DNA of 63,478 nt, filler included, from an uncultured Chlamydiae bacterium (GTDB lineage: Bacteria > Chlamydiota > Chlamydiia > Chlamydiales > SM23-39): the NCBI GenBank assembly GCA_937899275.1. It is 10 parts of 10 records of this genome, joined end to end, with 100 filler letters (N's around TTAATTAATTAA, not from the genome) between each part and the next. Parts side by side here need not be neighbours in the genome. Positions count along the whole stretch, not along the records: positions 46,630 to 55,355 come from CALBPE010000107.1; positions 55,456 to 61,789 come from CALBPE010000115.1; 8 more parts are not named here. One strand, given 5' to 3'. A program made the position numbers and the translations under genes. Below the pieces are notes generated by a model, which was not told where the DNA came from, ran no database searches, and worked only from the letters and a program-made list of their open reading frames with translations. Below are positions 49,937 through 59,843 of this stretch, piece after piece (the first letter of the stretch is position 1; each line of letters begins with the position of its first letter).

Positions 49937-50962
49937 ATGTTTCTAGCAGATGCTCATAAATTATACCATTGGTTTGCAGTAAATAAGCGGAATTTCCCTT
50001 GGCGTAAAGACAAAACCCCCTACGCTGTTTGGGTAGCTGAAGTGATGTTGCAGCAGACAAGAGCCGCTGTTGTAGTGGAGTATTTTATCCGCTGGATGAA
50101 GCGATTTCCAACGGTAGAGTCGTTAGCTAATGCACCTATTGAAGAGGTCATTAAGCTTTGGGAGGGGTTAGGTTACTACCAAAGAGCTAGAAATCTCCAT
50201 CAAGGCGCAAAGCAGGTAGTTGATTTATACGGTGGAATGGTTCCTCAAGATAAAGAAAAGCTCTTTCAAATTCAGGGGCTTGGGCCGTATACCGTATCGG
50301 CAATTTTGGCTTTTGCTTTTGGGGAAAAAAAAGTGCCGATCGATGGCAATATCAAACGGGTTTTTTCCCGTTATTTTTTGCTAGAAGCGCCTCTTGGAAC
50401 AGCTGCATCTACTTAAGCTTTAGAGGAAAAGGCAAAATGGATAGAAACCGTTTTTACTCATCAAATTGGAGAGGCTTTCATTGAGCTTGGAGCGGTAATC
50501 TGCGGGAAAAACCCCGCCTGCTTTTCCTGTCCAATGCAGCGAGGCTGTAGAGCATTTCATGAGGGCAAGCAGCAAGATCTTCCCAAGAAAAAACCGCGCA
50601 AAAAACCGACTGTACTAGAAAGGATTGTGCTTATCTTAGACTATCGAGATCAAGTTCTTGTAAGAAAAAATACCGAAGCGCTGATGCGCGACCTATTTGA
50701 ATTCCCCTATTTTCCTTGGGAAGGAGAAAGTACAATGAATCGATTAGCAGCAGCTTACAGCTTAACTATTTCTCCCAATCAACCCTTAAGGAGATATCCC
50801 AAAGCGTGCCATACATTTACCCGCTTTAAGGCGAACCTTCATCCTTTTCATCTTGTATTGGATGAAAAGCCCCATATACCTGGATATGGGTGGAAGAAAA
50901 AAACAGAACTGAAAGATCTCCCCTTTTCTTCTGGACATAGACAGATTTTGGAGCATTTATGA
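49937..50962 (+). pseudogene. mutY: A/G-specific adenine glycosylase MutY with in-frame TAA at 50414-50416 (real or consensus error)
   Basis: WVAEVMLQQT, WEGLGYYQRARNL, GLGPYT, DGN. After the TAA the same frame continues through the Fe-S loop C-GKNPA-C-FS-C-PMQRG-C. Confidence 0.9.
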
Positions 50963-52050
50963 AGATTTTACATACAGAAGCATCCTCTGGTTGGGGAGGG
51001 CAAGAGATGCGGATTCTTAAAGAAGCCATTCTCATGCGAGAAGAGGGGCATGAAATCTACTTTGCGATAGAGGAAAAAGGTACGTTGATTCAAAAAGCAG
51101 AGGCAGAGGGGTTTCCTGTGTACTCTTGCCGTTTTCAAAAACGCTACTGGTTAAAAACGGCTTGGCATTTGTCAAAGATCCTGAAGGAAAATCAGATCGA
51201 TCTTGTCAATACCCACTCTTCTTTAGATGCTTGGATTGCGGGGATCGTTGCTAAATACAAAAACATTCCCATCCTGCGCACAAGACATATTTCCGCGCCT
51301 ATCAGAGAGGGGCTCAATAGCCGCATCCTCTACGGTTTTTTAGCGGATATGGTGATCACCACATGCCAAAAAATCGTTCCTGAAATCGTGAGAAAATCCC
51401 GGATCTCTTATAAAAACTGCCTTTCGATTCCCACAGGCCTTGCCTGTAGAGATTTAGCGCCGTTTTTCTCTTCGCGAGATGCTGAGCGGAAAAAATGGTC
51501 TTTTCGTCCCAAGGACTTTGTGATAGGAACCGCTTGTTTTATGCGCTCTTGGAAGGGAATAGAAGATCTTTTGCATGCAGCAAAGCTTGTTTCTTCAGTA
51601 CCGCATATCCAGTTTTTACTGATCGGAAAAGATGAGCAAAACCGCTACATACGCCTTCGAGATGCTTTAGGGTTACAAAAAACCGTCCATTTTGTAGGTC
51701 ATGTGGACAATCCGTTTCCTCTGATCAATGCTTTGGACGCTTTTGTCCTGACCAGCACAAAAAATGAGGGAGTATCGCAGGCAACGCTGCAAGCAGCTTT
51801 TTTTGAAAAGCCATTGATCACCACCCCTGTAGGTGGGCTGCCTGAAGTATGTATCGATGGAAAAACGGGTATACAAGTACCTGTAGGCTCCCCTGAAAAA
51901 TTAGCAGAAGCGATGCAAAAACTTGCAAATAATACCTCTTGGGCAGAAGGTTTAGGAAAGCAGGCAAAATCGCTTGTTCAAGATCAATTTACCGATGAGA
52001 AAATGGTAGCTAAGCTAAAAAAGGTGTATGCCAAACTGGTTCTATCATAA
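50959..52050 (+). CDS. GT4-family glycosyltransferase
   Basis: WGGQE, NTHSS, KGIEDLL, EGVSQATLQA, GGLPE. Confidence 0.9.
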   Translation: MKILHTEASSGWGGQEMRILKEAILMREEGHEIYFAIEEKGTLIQKAEAEGFPVYSCRFQKRYWLKTAWHLSKILKENQIDLVNTHSSLDAWIAGIVAKYKNIPILRTRHISAPIREGLNSRILYGFLADMVITTCQKIVPEIVRKSRISYKNCLSIPTGLACRDLAPFFSSRDAERKKWSFRPKDFVIGTACFMRSWKGIEDLLHAAKLVSSVPHIQFLLIGKDEQNRYIRLRDALGLQKTVHFVGHVDNPFPLINALDAFVLTSTKNEGVSQATLQAAFFEKPLITTPVGGLPEVCIDGKTGIQVPVGSPEKLAEAMQKLANNTSWAEGLGKQAKSLVQDQFTDEKMVAKLKKVYAKLVLS

Positions 52051-52099
52051 GGCGGTTTATTTTTCTTTTGCGGTAGATTCTTTTTGCGGAAAACTGTAA

Positions 52100-52747
52100 A
52101 TGCGCTATCCTGAAAAGAGGTTTATTATGATAGATTGGCTATACAAAAATCGACTCCTTTGTTTGCTGAGCGCAACAGCTCTAGTGATGAGCGCTTTTAT
52201 TGTGCAAAGAAAAATCGGATCTTCATATACGAGTTATCTGGCGGAAAAACCCACATCTCGCCTGCATCCTGTATATGAAGCCTGGTCTTTTGATCCACAA
52301 AATCCAGCAAAAGCAAAAGCTCTGCAAAAAGCGTTAGAGGAGTGCGTATCTCTACAATTTGTCTACGATCCGTTGATCGCGCAGCAGGCTGTAGAAAAAG
52401 ATCTACTCGATCAACAAAGGCAGTCTGTCGAAAGCTCCCTTTGCCGTTTGGAAAAACACAGTCCTACTTACAGCGCTTTTTCTAGGCTTTCGGTAGAAAA
52501 AGCAAATGACGCCGCCCTTTTAGAGCAGGCAAAACGGCTACAAGGATCTCTCAAGAAAGATACCTTACTTTATTTTTGCACCCTTTTGCAGATCATCGCT
52601 TTAGAAGATCGTTTGGGTATTTATCCCCACGATGCGATTTCTGCTTTAAAGTCTTACAAACAGAAAACGCCCCTTTTTACAGTGCAAGCAGTAGAAAGCT
52701 ATCTTTCTTCTCTCGAAGAAAAATATGCTACTTCTCCGAAGAAGTAG
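52100..52747 (+). CDS. Hypothetical protein with N-terminal membrane anchor
   Basis: 215-aa ORF with one hydrophobic segment, then helical sequence. Confidence 0.6.
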   Translation: MRYPEKRFIMIDWLYKNRLLCLLSATALVMSAFIVQRKIGSSYTSYLAEKPTSRLHPVYEAWSFDPQNPAKAKALQKALEECVSLQFVYDPLIAQQAVEKDLLDQQRQSVESSLCRLEKHSPTYSAFSRLSVEKANDAALLEQAKRLQGSLKKDTLLYFCTLLQIIALEDRLGIYPHDAISALKSYKQKTPLFTVQAVESYLSSLEEKYATSPKK

Positions 52748-53132
52748 AGCTGCTTTCGATTGTATGGAACCCAATACCACACTGCAGCCCAATGCCTGCA
52801 AACAGGATAAAAGGCAGAAAAATGGCAATAACGATACGTACAATGCCTACAACAATCTGCGTGGTTTTGTCCTTTTTGTGGATAAACCCTGAGATTTTTT
52901 CTGCAATTTCCCGGATGCGCTCAGGCATTAAAAGAGCGACAATCGCTCCAATAGTTGCGCACACTATGCTGAAAGTAGGCCCTGTAAAAAAATCAAATAT
53001 GCTAGAAATGCAAGCAATGACAAACGCGAGGACTAAAAACATCTCGTTTGTGTATTTTTTTGCAAAATCTTCAATTTCTTGTACAGAGACTCCCTCTTTA
53101 ATTTTATCGGAAAAGTTGTCTTTTTTAGCCAT
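52728..53132 (-). CDS. Hypothetical membrane protein
   Basis: 134 aa with three to four TM segments; GGAG SD upstream of the ATG. Confidence 0.7.
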   Translation of the reverse strand: MAKKDNFSDKIKEGVSVQEIEDFAKKYTNEMFLVLAFVIACISSIFDFFTGPTFSIVCATIGAIVALLMPERIREIAEKISGFIHKKDKTTQIVVGIVRIVIAIFLPFILFAGIGLQCGIGFHTIESSSTSSEK

Positions 53133-53334
53133 CGATGAACTCCTATTCTATTCAATAACAACAGATTGTAAATAGATGTGTCTATGATAGTATCAAACTT
53201 GATTTCATCTACCCCTATCTAATATTAATCTAAATAGTTATTTATTTTTTTGCAAACTTTGTAACATAGAGCTTTTCTTTGTTTTTTTTGCGATTTTCTT
53301 ATAAAGTAGATTCTCTGTTTTATCGGTATACAGT

Positions 53335-54657
53335 ATGGCGTTTCTGCAACTTCCTCCAAACACCAATCCGCCCCGTTTTTCCCCAGCCGCTCTATGTCTA
53401 CTTGTCTTTTTTTGCTTGGGACTTGCTATTTTATTAAACGAGCTAAAAAACATACCACCATCTCCTGGTTTTTCTCCAGCATATCCTGCTATTTCGGAAA
53501 ATATTGTGGCTAAAACAGCGCCTAGTTCCCTATTTGAAAAGGCGCCGTCTCCTTTTGTTTGTAAAATCCCTGATCTGAAAAACGCCTTATCTGTCGAGTA
53601 CGTTTCTCCAAGACCTGATAGAACGCAGGGGCTTTTTTTCCTGCGATCTACAAAAGGATTTCAGCAGGAGGTGGTCATGGGGCAGAAAATCTACTTTCAA
53701 CTCAACTCTTTTTCAGATGACTTTGAGAGGCTAAGCGCTGGATCTTGCTATCTTTTACCAGAAAAGTTGGGAGATGTGTCTATGGAGTTTCTTCTGCATA
53801 TCGATACAGAAAAGATCGGCGCTTATGTAAAAGAAGGGCAGGCCAGTTCTTCTTTTTACGAAACAAAGCTTGTTTTGCCTCTCTTTCGAGACCCCCCTAT
53901 TTCTAGTCCGAATATGCCAGAGCACTTTGCTTTTTTTTCTAAAGCAAAATCCGCAGGTAAAGACCTGTATTTATCCTCTAAGCCTGCGGCAAAAAATCGC
54001 GATAAAAGGCCCTATTATTGGATAGTTTTACCTGATCAAACCCGGAGAAAAGTCCAAGTAAACGATCTTTTCATTTGGTCATCTACCGAGTGGAAAAAAG
54101 TAGGCGCGGTAGAAAAAATTTTGGACAAACCTGTCCTAAAGGTGCTCAAAGCGGATACAAAGGGGCTTTTTTTTCAAGGATGGGATGCGTGTGGCAGCAA
54201 AACCTACCCGTTTTTTCTCGCATCATCTCCAGTAGGTAAAGAAGCGCTTCCAACCCCTTTGATCAAACATATCCAGAGAAAAACCCCGAATAAAGTAAAG
54301 ATGGAAATCGATCAGATCCCCCTTCTTCTTGCAGTAGGCAGTTGGGCGGTTAAGATCGATGGCGTATGGAAAGCTTTGCCGAAAAGAGAACTAGAAAGTC
54401 ATATAGGCAAAGGCCCCTTTTTTTACTTAAAACAGGTGAAGAAAAAAGCGCGGAAAAAGTGGTTATCGGGTAAGCTATATAACGCGTTTAGAACAGAAGA
54501 AATGGATGTCTATATCGAAATCCCCAACAAACAATCCCCCCCATCTCATATGAAGCGCTCTTATAGAGAATCGGGCAGAGAGTCAGGTAGAGTGCGGGGC
54601 AAAGCTGAAAAAAAATCTTCTAGAGGCTCTTCTTTTTCTAAAAGGCGGTTTCAATGA
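53335..54657 (+). CDS. Conserved chlamydial membrane-anchored protein upstream of gspD
   Basis: N-terminal TM helix, SPRPD motif, ATGA overlap with the next gene. Confidence 0.6.
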   Translation: MAFLQLPPNTNPPRFSPAALCLLVFFCLGLAILLNELKNIPPSPGFSPAYPAISENIVAKTAPSSLFEKAPSPFVCKIPDLKNALSVEYVSPRPDRTQGLFFLRSTKGFQQEVVMGQKIYFQLNSFSDDFERLSAGSCYLLPEKLGDVSMEFLLHIDTEKIGAYVKEGQASSSFYETKLVLPLFRDPPISSPNMPEHFAFFSKAKSAGKDLYLSSKPAAKNRDKRPYYWIVLPDQTRRKVQVNDLFIWSSTEWKKVGAVEKILDKPVLKVLKADTKGLFFQGWDACGSKTYPFFLASSPVGKEALPTPLIKHIQRKTPNKVKMEIDQIPLLLAVGSWAVKIDGVWKALPKRELESHIGKGPFFYLKQVKKKARKKWLSGKLYNAFRTEEMDVYIEIPNKQSPPSHMKRSYRESGRESGRVRGKAEKKSSRGSSFSKRRFQ

Positions 54658-55355
54658 AAAAAAGCCTCTATTTTGTTGCTCTTTTTTTATGCAGCGGTTT
54701 TTTTTCCGCTTCTGCAGCAGCAGAACTATCTTCTCAGATTGCCCTTGAAAAAGGCCGCATTCATAATGAGGAAATTGCGTCTTTAAAGCAGCTCCTTCGG
54801 GAAAAATACCAAAGCGCAAACACCCTTTCCGAAGAGGAATACCCTCTTATTTTAGAAGACATCCGCAGTTTAAGAAAAGAGATCGCCTTTGCAGAAGAAA
54901 ATTGGAGACAAACCTTTGCAGATGCAAACCTTTTTTCTGAAGAAGGCTGCGGTCTATGGGATTCAGGAGAGCTGACTTTAGCTGATTTGATCATGGATTA
55001 TGGAAGCGTAGATTATCTTTATGTCATTCCTCCAGAAATTTTAAATCTAAAACTACAGATCCATTCAGCGATTCCGATTCCAAGGGCATCTTGGGATCCG
55101 ATGCTCAAAGTGATCTTAGGATCGAATGGTATCGGCGTCAAGCCGCTCGGCCCTTATGCGAAAAAACTCTATATTTTGAAGCAAGATCTAGGACAAATCG
55201 AGGGGATTTGTCAAAAAAGGGAAGAGCTTCTTTTTATGGAACCAGAGGCAAGAGCGGCTTTTTTATGCACGCCAGAGCCGGAACAGCTGAAGGCTGTTCG
55301 CAGCTTTATTGAAAAAGAATCAGCTCCTAAAGAAACCACTGTGCAGGTTGTAGTC
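54654..55355 (+). CDS. gspD: Type II secretion secretin GspD, N-terminal part (cut by contig end)
   Basis: Signal peptide, coiled coil, then LW..ELTLADLIMDYG..DYLYVIPPEI...IL...GIGVK, which resembles the chlamydial GspD N-terminus. The secretin domain is not in the window. Confidence 0.65.
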
Positions 55356-55455
55356 NNNNNNNNNNNNNNNNNNNNNNNNNNNNNNNNNNNNNNNNNNNNT
55401 TAATTAATTAANNNNNNNNNNNNNNNNNNNNNNNNNNNNNNNNNNNNNNNNNNNN
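55356..55455. other. Artificial contig-joining linker
   Basis: N-TTAATTAATTAA-N spacer. Confidence 0.98.
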
Positions 55456-55545
55456 GGGCGGGTTTTTGCAAAGTTGCAGGCGTTTTTTTCCCAAGCTTTT
55501 TTCTTTTCTTCAAACAAATCTCTAGGGGAGGGCATACTTAAATCT

Positions 55546-57939
55546 ATGAGCGTTATTTCCTATCAACTCATCTTACAAGAAACCTCGGTTTTTTTGTCGA
55601 TCCGTTCGCTAAAGCCTCTTTTTTGGCAGGATATAAAAAAGCTACCTGAGCCTCTTTCTTCACTGCTACTAAAAGAAAAACGGCGGCAAGATGGGGGATC
55701 GTTAGATACATTAGTATTCAATAAAATTGATATCTCGCAAAATATTTTACCCTGTTTAAAGGCGCTTTCCTCTCCACTTTTTTATCAAAATCAGCCGCTT
55801 AAGCTGGAGTTTGATTCTTTTCTTACCGCAATGTTTGAGGTAGTGGAAGAGCAGAAAAAAGGCTGCGTTGTCCGCTTTTTCTTGGAAAAAGACGGATTGG
55901 AATTTGTTCCAGAAAAGATTCTTTTTGGTACGCCCTTACTCTATCTACACAAAGGACATCTAGGCGTCATTGATACGTCTTTGCCAAAAAAATACTTTGT
56001 AGACCTTCTCGAAAAAGAGACCTTTATTCGGCATTTTTATGAAGAAGAGGTCCCCTTTCGAAAAGCGCTCATTAAACCTTTGCCTGCTCTGAAGATGAGC
56101 CGCCTTTATGGAGAGCGTTTTTTCTTGGTATTTATCGATCCAAGAACCGCTAGTTTTGTGACGCTGCCTAAAAGCGATCCCCTTGTAGAAAAAGCTGAAA
56201 ATGACCTATTAGATACAGGTTGGCAAAAAGAAAATACAGCGTTTTTCCATGAAGAAAAAGAGCTTTTTTCTGCTCTTTTGCTTCTGCGCGACTCTGGATG
56301 GAAGCTGTATGATAGCTACGAAAGGCCTTTGGTATTAGCCTCTACATTTTCTTTATCGGTGGTGGATTGGAACGTAGAGATAAAGGCGGATTTTGGGGAA
56401 AATGCTTCGGCAACGGTAGACGCCTTTTCAAAAGCAGGTAGGGTAAAAAGCGGTTTTGTGGACTTGGGAGAAAAAACAGGTCTTCTCGATTTCCCAGCAA
56501 AAAAACGGCTCCAAGCTCTTTGCCATTTACCAAAAAAAAAGGGGCGCCTGGAGCTCAGTTTAGCGCATCTAGGAGCTCTTCAAGAGGTAGATTCTTTAGA
56601 AAAGGCAGACCCTCTTTTACAAGAACTTGTCAGCCCACCTAATGTACCTGTTTGCCCCGCATTTAAAGGCTCATTATTTGCTCATCAGAAAAAAGGCGTC
56701 TCCTGGTTATATCACCTGTATAAAAACCGCTTAGGTGGGCTTTTAGCAGATGAAATGGGCCTGGGAAAAACCGTGCAAATTCTGGGATTTATTGCGATGA
56801 TTCCAGAAGAAAGGGTGCTCATTGTCGCTCCTTCACATCTTGTAGACCATTGGAAAAACGAGTGTATCCGCTTTATATCGAGACGCCCTTATGTACACAG
56901 AGGAAAAGATAGAGCCCAGACTCTTCCAGAAAAAGGGATTCTCATTACCTCGTATCATACCTTGCATAAAGATGAAGAGATCTTCCATAAAGAGGCTTTT
57001 GGCGCTGTGATCTTTGATGAGTCTTCCTACATCAAAAATCCTGCGACAAAACTTGCTCATTCTGCTCGAAGACTCACAAAAAAAGCAGCTTTTGCCTTAA
57101 ATGGCACCCCCATTGAGAACTGTTATGAAGAGCTATGGTCTCAGCTGCACGCGGTATGTCCTGGTATTTTAGGCGATAAACAAGACTTTTCTTTTCAAGT
57201 GCGGCAAAATACGTGGGATGTAATAGGTCATCTACAACCATTTGTATTGAAAAGAACGAAGGAAGAAGCGGCCATAGATATGCCGCCCATTTACAAGCAG
57301 CATGTATTTGTGTCATTAAACGAAGAGCACACTCTTTTTGATGAAGAGCAGAAAAAAACCTTTCAGGAAACGGAAAATTTTTCCGTTTTAGAAATGATTC
57401 TTCGCCTTAGGCAAAGCGCGATTTCTCCCAAGCTACTAGGAAGGGATATCCCCTCGGAAAAACTTTCCCTTCTTCTAGAAGATATCTTACAGCTAAAAGA
57501 TGAGAAGTTGTTGATTTTCAGTAGTTTTACGAAGGCTTTATCGTTAGTTTCTAACCTTCTTGAAAAGAACAAAATTTCCCATCTTTACCTTGACGGCTCA
57601 GTTGCTTTAGAAAAACGAGATGCATTAATCCAAACATTTCAAGAGGCAAAAGAAGGTAAGGTGTTTTTACTCAGCTTAAAAGCTGCAGGTGTAGGGCTCA
57701 ATATCAATGCAGCGGACTACGTTTTTTTACTCGATCCTTGGTGGAATACCTCAGCTGAAGACCAGGCAATTGCAAGAGCGCACCGCATAGGGCGTAAAAA
57801 GCCCCTTTTTGTAAAGCGTTATATCGCAAAAGGCACGATTGAAGAAAGCATCTACTCTTTACAAGAAGAGAAAAAGCAGTATCAAAATATTTTAAACCCG
57901 CAGATGACTAGGGAAGAATGTCTTCGTCTTTTTTGTTAA
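55546..57939 (+). CDS. SNF2/SWI2-family helicase
   Basis: LLADEMGLGKT, FDES, GTPIEN, LSLKAAGVGLN, DPWWN, QAIARAHRIG. Confidence 0.93.
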   Translation: MSVISYQLILQETSVFLSIRSLKPLFWQDIKKLPEPLSSLLLKEKRRQDGGSLDTLVFNKIDISQNILPCLKALSSPLFYQNQPLKLEFDSFLTAMFEVVEEQKKGCVVRFFLEKDGLEFVPEKILFGTPLLYLHKGHLGVIDTSLPKKYFVDLLEKETFIRHFYEEEVPFRKALIKPLPALKMSRLYGERFFLVFIDPRTASFVTLPKSDPLVEKAENDLLDTGWQKENTAFFHEEKELFSALLLLRDSGWKLYDSYERPLVLASTFSLSVVDWNVEIKADFGENASATVDAFSKAGRVKSGFVDLGEKTGLLDFPAKKRLQALCHLPKKKGRLELSLAHLGALQEVDSLEKADPLLQELVSPPNVPVCPAFKGSLFAHQKKGVSWLYHLYKNRLGGLLADEMGLGKTVQILGFIAMIPEERVLIVAPSHLVDHWKNECIRFISRRPYVHRGKDRAQTLPEKGILITSYHTLHKDEEIFHKEAFGAVIFDESSYIKNPATKLAHSARRLTKKAAFALNGTPIENCYEELWSQLHAVCPGILGDKQDFSFQVRQNTWDVIGHLQPFVLKRTKEEAAIDMPPIYKQHVFVSLNEEHTLFDEEQKKTFQETENFSVLEMILRLRQSAISPKLLGRDIPSEKLSLLLEDILQLKDEKLLIFSSFTKALSLVSNLLEKNKISHLYLDGSVALEKRDALIQTFQEAKEGKVFLLSLKAAGVGLNINAADYVFLLDPWWNTSAEDQAIARAHRIGRKKPLFVKRYIAKGTIEESIYSLQEEKKQYQNILNPQMTREECLRLFC

Positions 57940-58108
57940 CATCTCCCATCTGCTCTTCGATTTCTAATAGTTCTAAAGCCGCTTCTTTTAGCGTCTTTAG
58001 CCCTTCTATGAAGCCTAGTCTTCGAGCGATTTGATCTAAATAACGGATTTCTGCTGCTAGCTGATCGTTGATTGATTGTAGCGCTGCTAATTTGTCTTTT
58101 TGTCCCAT
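57908..58108 (-). CDS. Small conserved hypothetical coiled-coil protein
   Basis: Strong AGGAGG SD; LQSINDQLAAEIRYLDQIARRLGFIEGLKTLK. Confidence 0.7.
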   Translation of the reverse strand: MGQKDKLAALQSINDQLAAEIRYLDQIARRLGFIEGLKTLKEAALELLEIEEQMGDVNKKDEDILP

Positions 58109-58232
58109 ACAAGCCCTCCTTACTGCCCGTTATCTTATTTATCTGTAAAAAGCGTGCCAAATGGAGAAAAGCACGTAGATCTACATAAAGCGGACTCAAT
58201 GGATTTATGTAGGGGTAAAGTATAACTTTTTA

Positions 58233-58261
58233 TTTAAATAATTCGACTCGTTCGCTACCCT
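58233..58261 (+). promoter_or_regulatory. Candidate sigma66 promoter for small lipoprotein (copy 2)
   Basis: TTTAAA-17nt-TACCCT, same layout as 23440-23468. Confidence 0.5.
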
Positions 58262-58298
58262 TCGTGAGTAGATAGATGATTTATAGATGAGGTAATCG

Positions 58299-58592
58299 AT
58301 GAAAAAATATAGCATAATTCCTAAGCTTTTATGCGCGTTTTGTGTATTTGGATTGATGGGCTGTGAGGGTCCTAAAGATAACGAATCGCAACAAGAAGAA
58401 AGTTATTCAGGAAATGATAGACGCTGCACGCCTCATAGCTCTTCTAAAGGCGCTGCTAAGCCTGAAGATAAAAACACAGCAAATGCAAAAAAACCTGCAT
58501 CAGAAGATAAAAAAGCAGCGGTTTCTTCGCAACGTGTGACGGAAGAAGCGGCTCCAGAAAACTCTGCAAAAGCAAGCAATCAAGCGGTGTAA
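58299..58592 (+). CDS. Small lipoprotein with Lys/Ala/Glu-rich tail
   Basis: GAGGT SD, MKKYSII signal peptide, LMGC lipobox; similar to 23507-23791. Confidence 0.78.
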   Translation: MKKYSIIPKLLCAFCVFGLMGCEGPKDNESQQEESYSGNDRRCTPHSSSKGAAKPEDKNTANAKKPASEDKKAAVSSQRVTEEAAPENSAKASNQAV

Positions 58593-58660
58593 TGCTGGAT
58601 TTTTACCGGTATACACTAGATGCATGTATCTCGTAATACAGCCGGTACTACGTAGGACAA

Positions 58661-58694
58661 TAAACAAGGGGCCTTGTAAAAGGCCCCTTGTTTA
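58661..58694. terminator. Probable bidirectional intrinsic terminator
   Basis: Perfect 15-bp inverted repeat TAAACAAGGGGCCTT-GTAA-AAGGCCCCTTGTTTA between convergent genes. Confidence 0.75.
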
Positions 58695-58776
58695 CATACT
58701 TCAGGTTCAAATACTTAAGGTTTACATAGTCTAGAGCTAAAGTAGCGCATTTAGGTAAAATCTCGTCTTTTACCGT

Positions 58777-59742
58777 TTAATCTTGAGCTACATCTTCTTT
58801 ACTTGTCAGCATATGAAAACGCTCCGCTTGTATGGGTTTGCCTTTGTAAAACCAGGCTTTTTTCACCCCATCTCCTGCATTGTACAGGGTAGCAGGTCCA
58901 TGTTTTTCATCTTCATGAAACTCCACTTCTGCTACGAGCGCTCCTTGATCGTCAAAGCGTTTTTCTACTCCTTCGCGTTTACCAAATTGGTAAGGCGTCT
59001 CTTGTAGTACTTGACCTTTTCGGTAGGCGATTTTTTTTCCATGGATTGCGCCGTTTTCCCAGTCGTTTGTCATGTATAGCTGACCACTTGGATCGTGGAT
59101 TTTTTGCACGCCGCTTAATGCATAATCTTCAAAACGGGAAATCACATGGATATTGCCGTTAGGATGGTAGGTAGTTCTTTGTTCCAACACACCAGAAGAA
59201 ATATCATCAATCGCCATTAAAGCGCCGTTTCTTGCGCGCTTATAGCGCCTTCCTTCTCCGTGTTTCACGGTAGATTCTACAGCGTTTCTAGTGTTGTAAT
59301 AAGTGCCCTCGGTTAAAAGGCCTTTTTGATAGCGCTCTAAGCGTAGGGGAGCGCCAGAATATCCCCAAAAGGTGATGGTTTTTTCATCTTCTGTATTGTA
59401 GTGTTTTTGCTCGATAGGAACGCCTCTACGATCATGGATGGTTTCTTGGATGAGTTCATCTTGCTCGTAGATATAAGAGCGCTCAATAGTAGCGCTATAG
59501 GGATAGGTATAGGTCGTTTCTCCTTGGAGATCTCCATTTTGATATGTTTTGACAACTCTTACTCCGTTAGCAAGAAATTGTTCAATTTTTCCATCTCGAT
59601 CCCTTGCAACCCACTCTTTTTTGTCGAGCTCAAATCCATACTTGTGAATATATTTTTGCGATACAACTCGGTCTTCCGCATCATTTGTTCCAATACACGA
59701 TGTGAGAGTAAGCGGGATCAGTGCGATATAAAAGCGCCTCAT
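58777..59742 (-). CDS. MORN-variant (YwqK-like) repeat lipoprotein
   Basis: LTSC lipobox, YIHKYG, repeated xxG-x4-Y/F units; downstream of pheT as in chlamydiae. Confidence 0.85.
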   Translation of the reverse strand: MRRFYIALIPLTLTSCIGTNDAEDRVVSQKYIHKYGFELDKKEWVARDRDGKIEQFLANGVRVVKTYQNGDLQGETTYTYPYSATIERSYIYEQDELIQETIHDRRGVPIEQKHYNTEDEKTITFWGYSGAPLRLERYQKGLLTEGTYYNTRNAVESTVKHGEGRRYKRARNGALMAIDDISSGVLEQRTTYHPNGNIHVISRFEDYALSGVQKIHDPSGQLYMTNDWENGAIHGKKIAYRKGQVLQETPYQFGKREGVEKRFDDQGALVAEVEFHEDEKHGPATLYNAGDGVKKAWFYKGKPIQAERFHMLTSKEDVAQD

Positions 59743-59843
59743 AAAACCTCCAAATAACTAGCTATTCATCATAATCGCGCTGCTTTCATAATGCAAGAGA
59801 CTCTTAGAAAAAAGTCTATAAGCGTAAGAAGAATCCAGCTAAA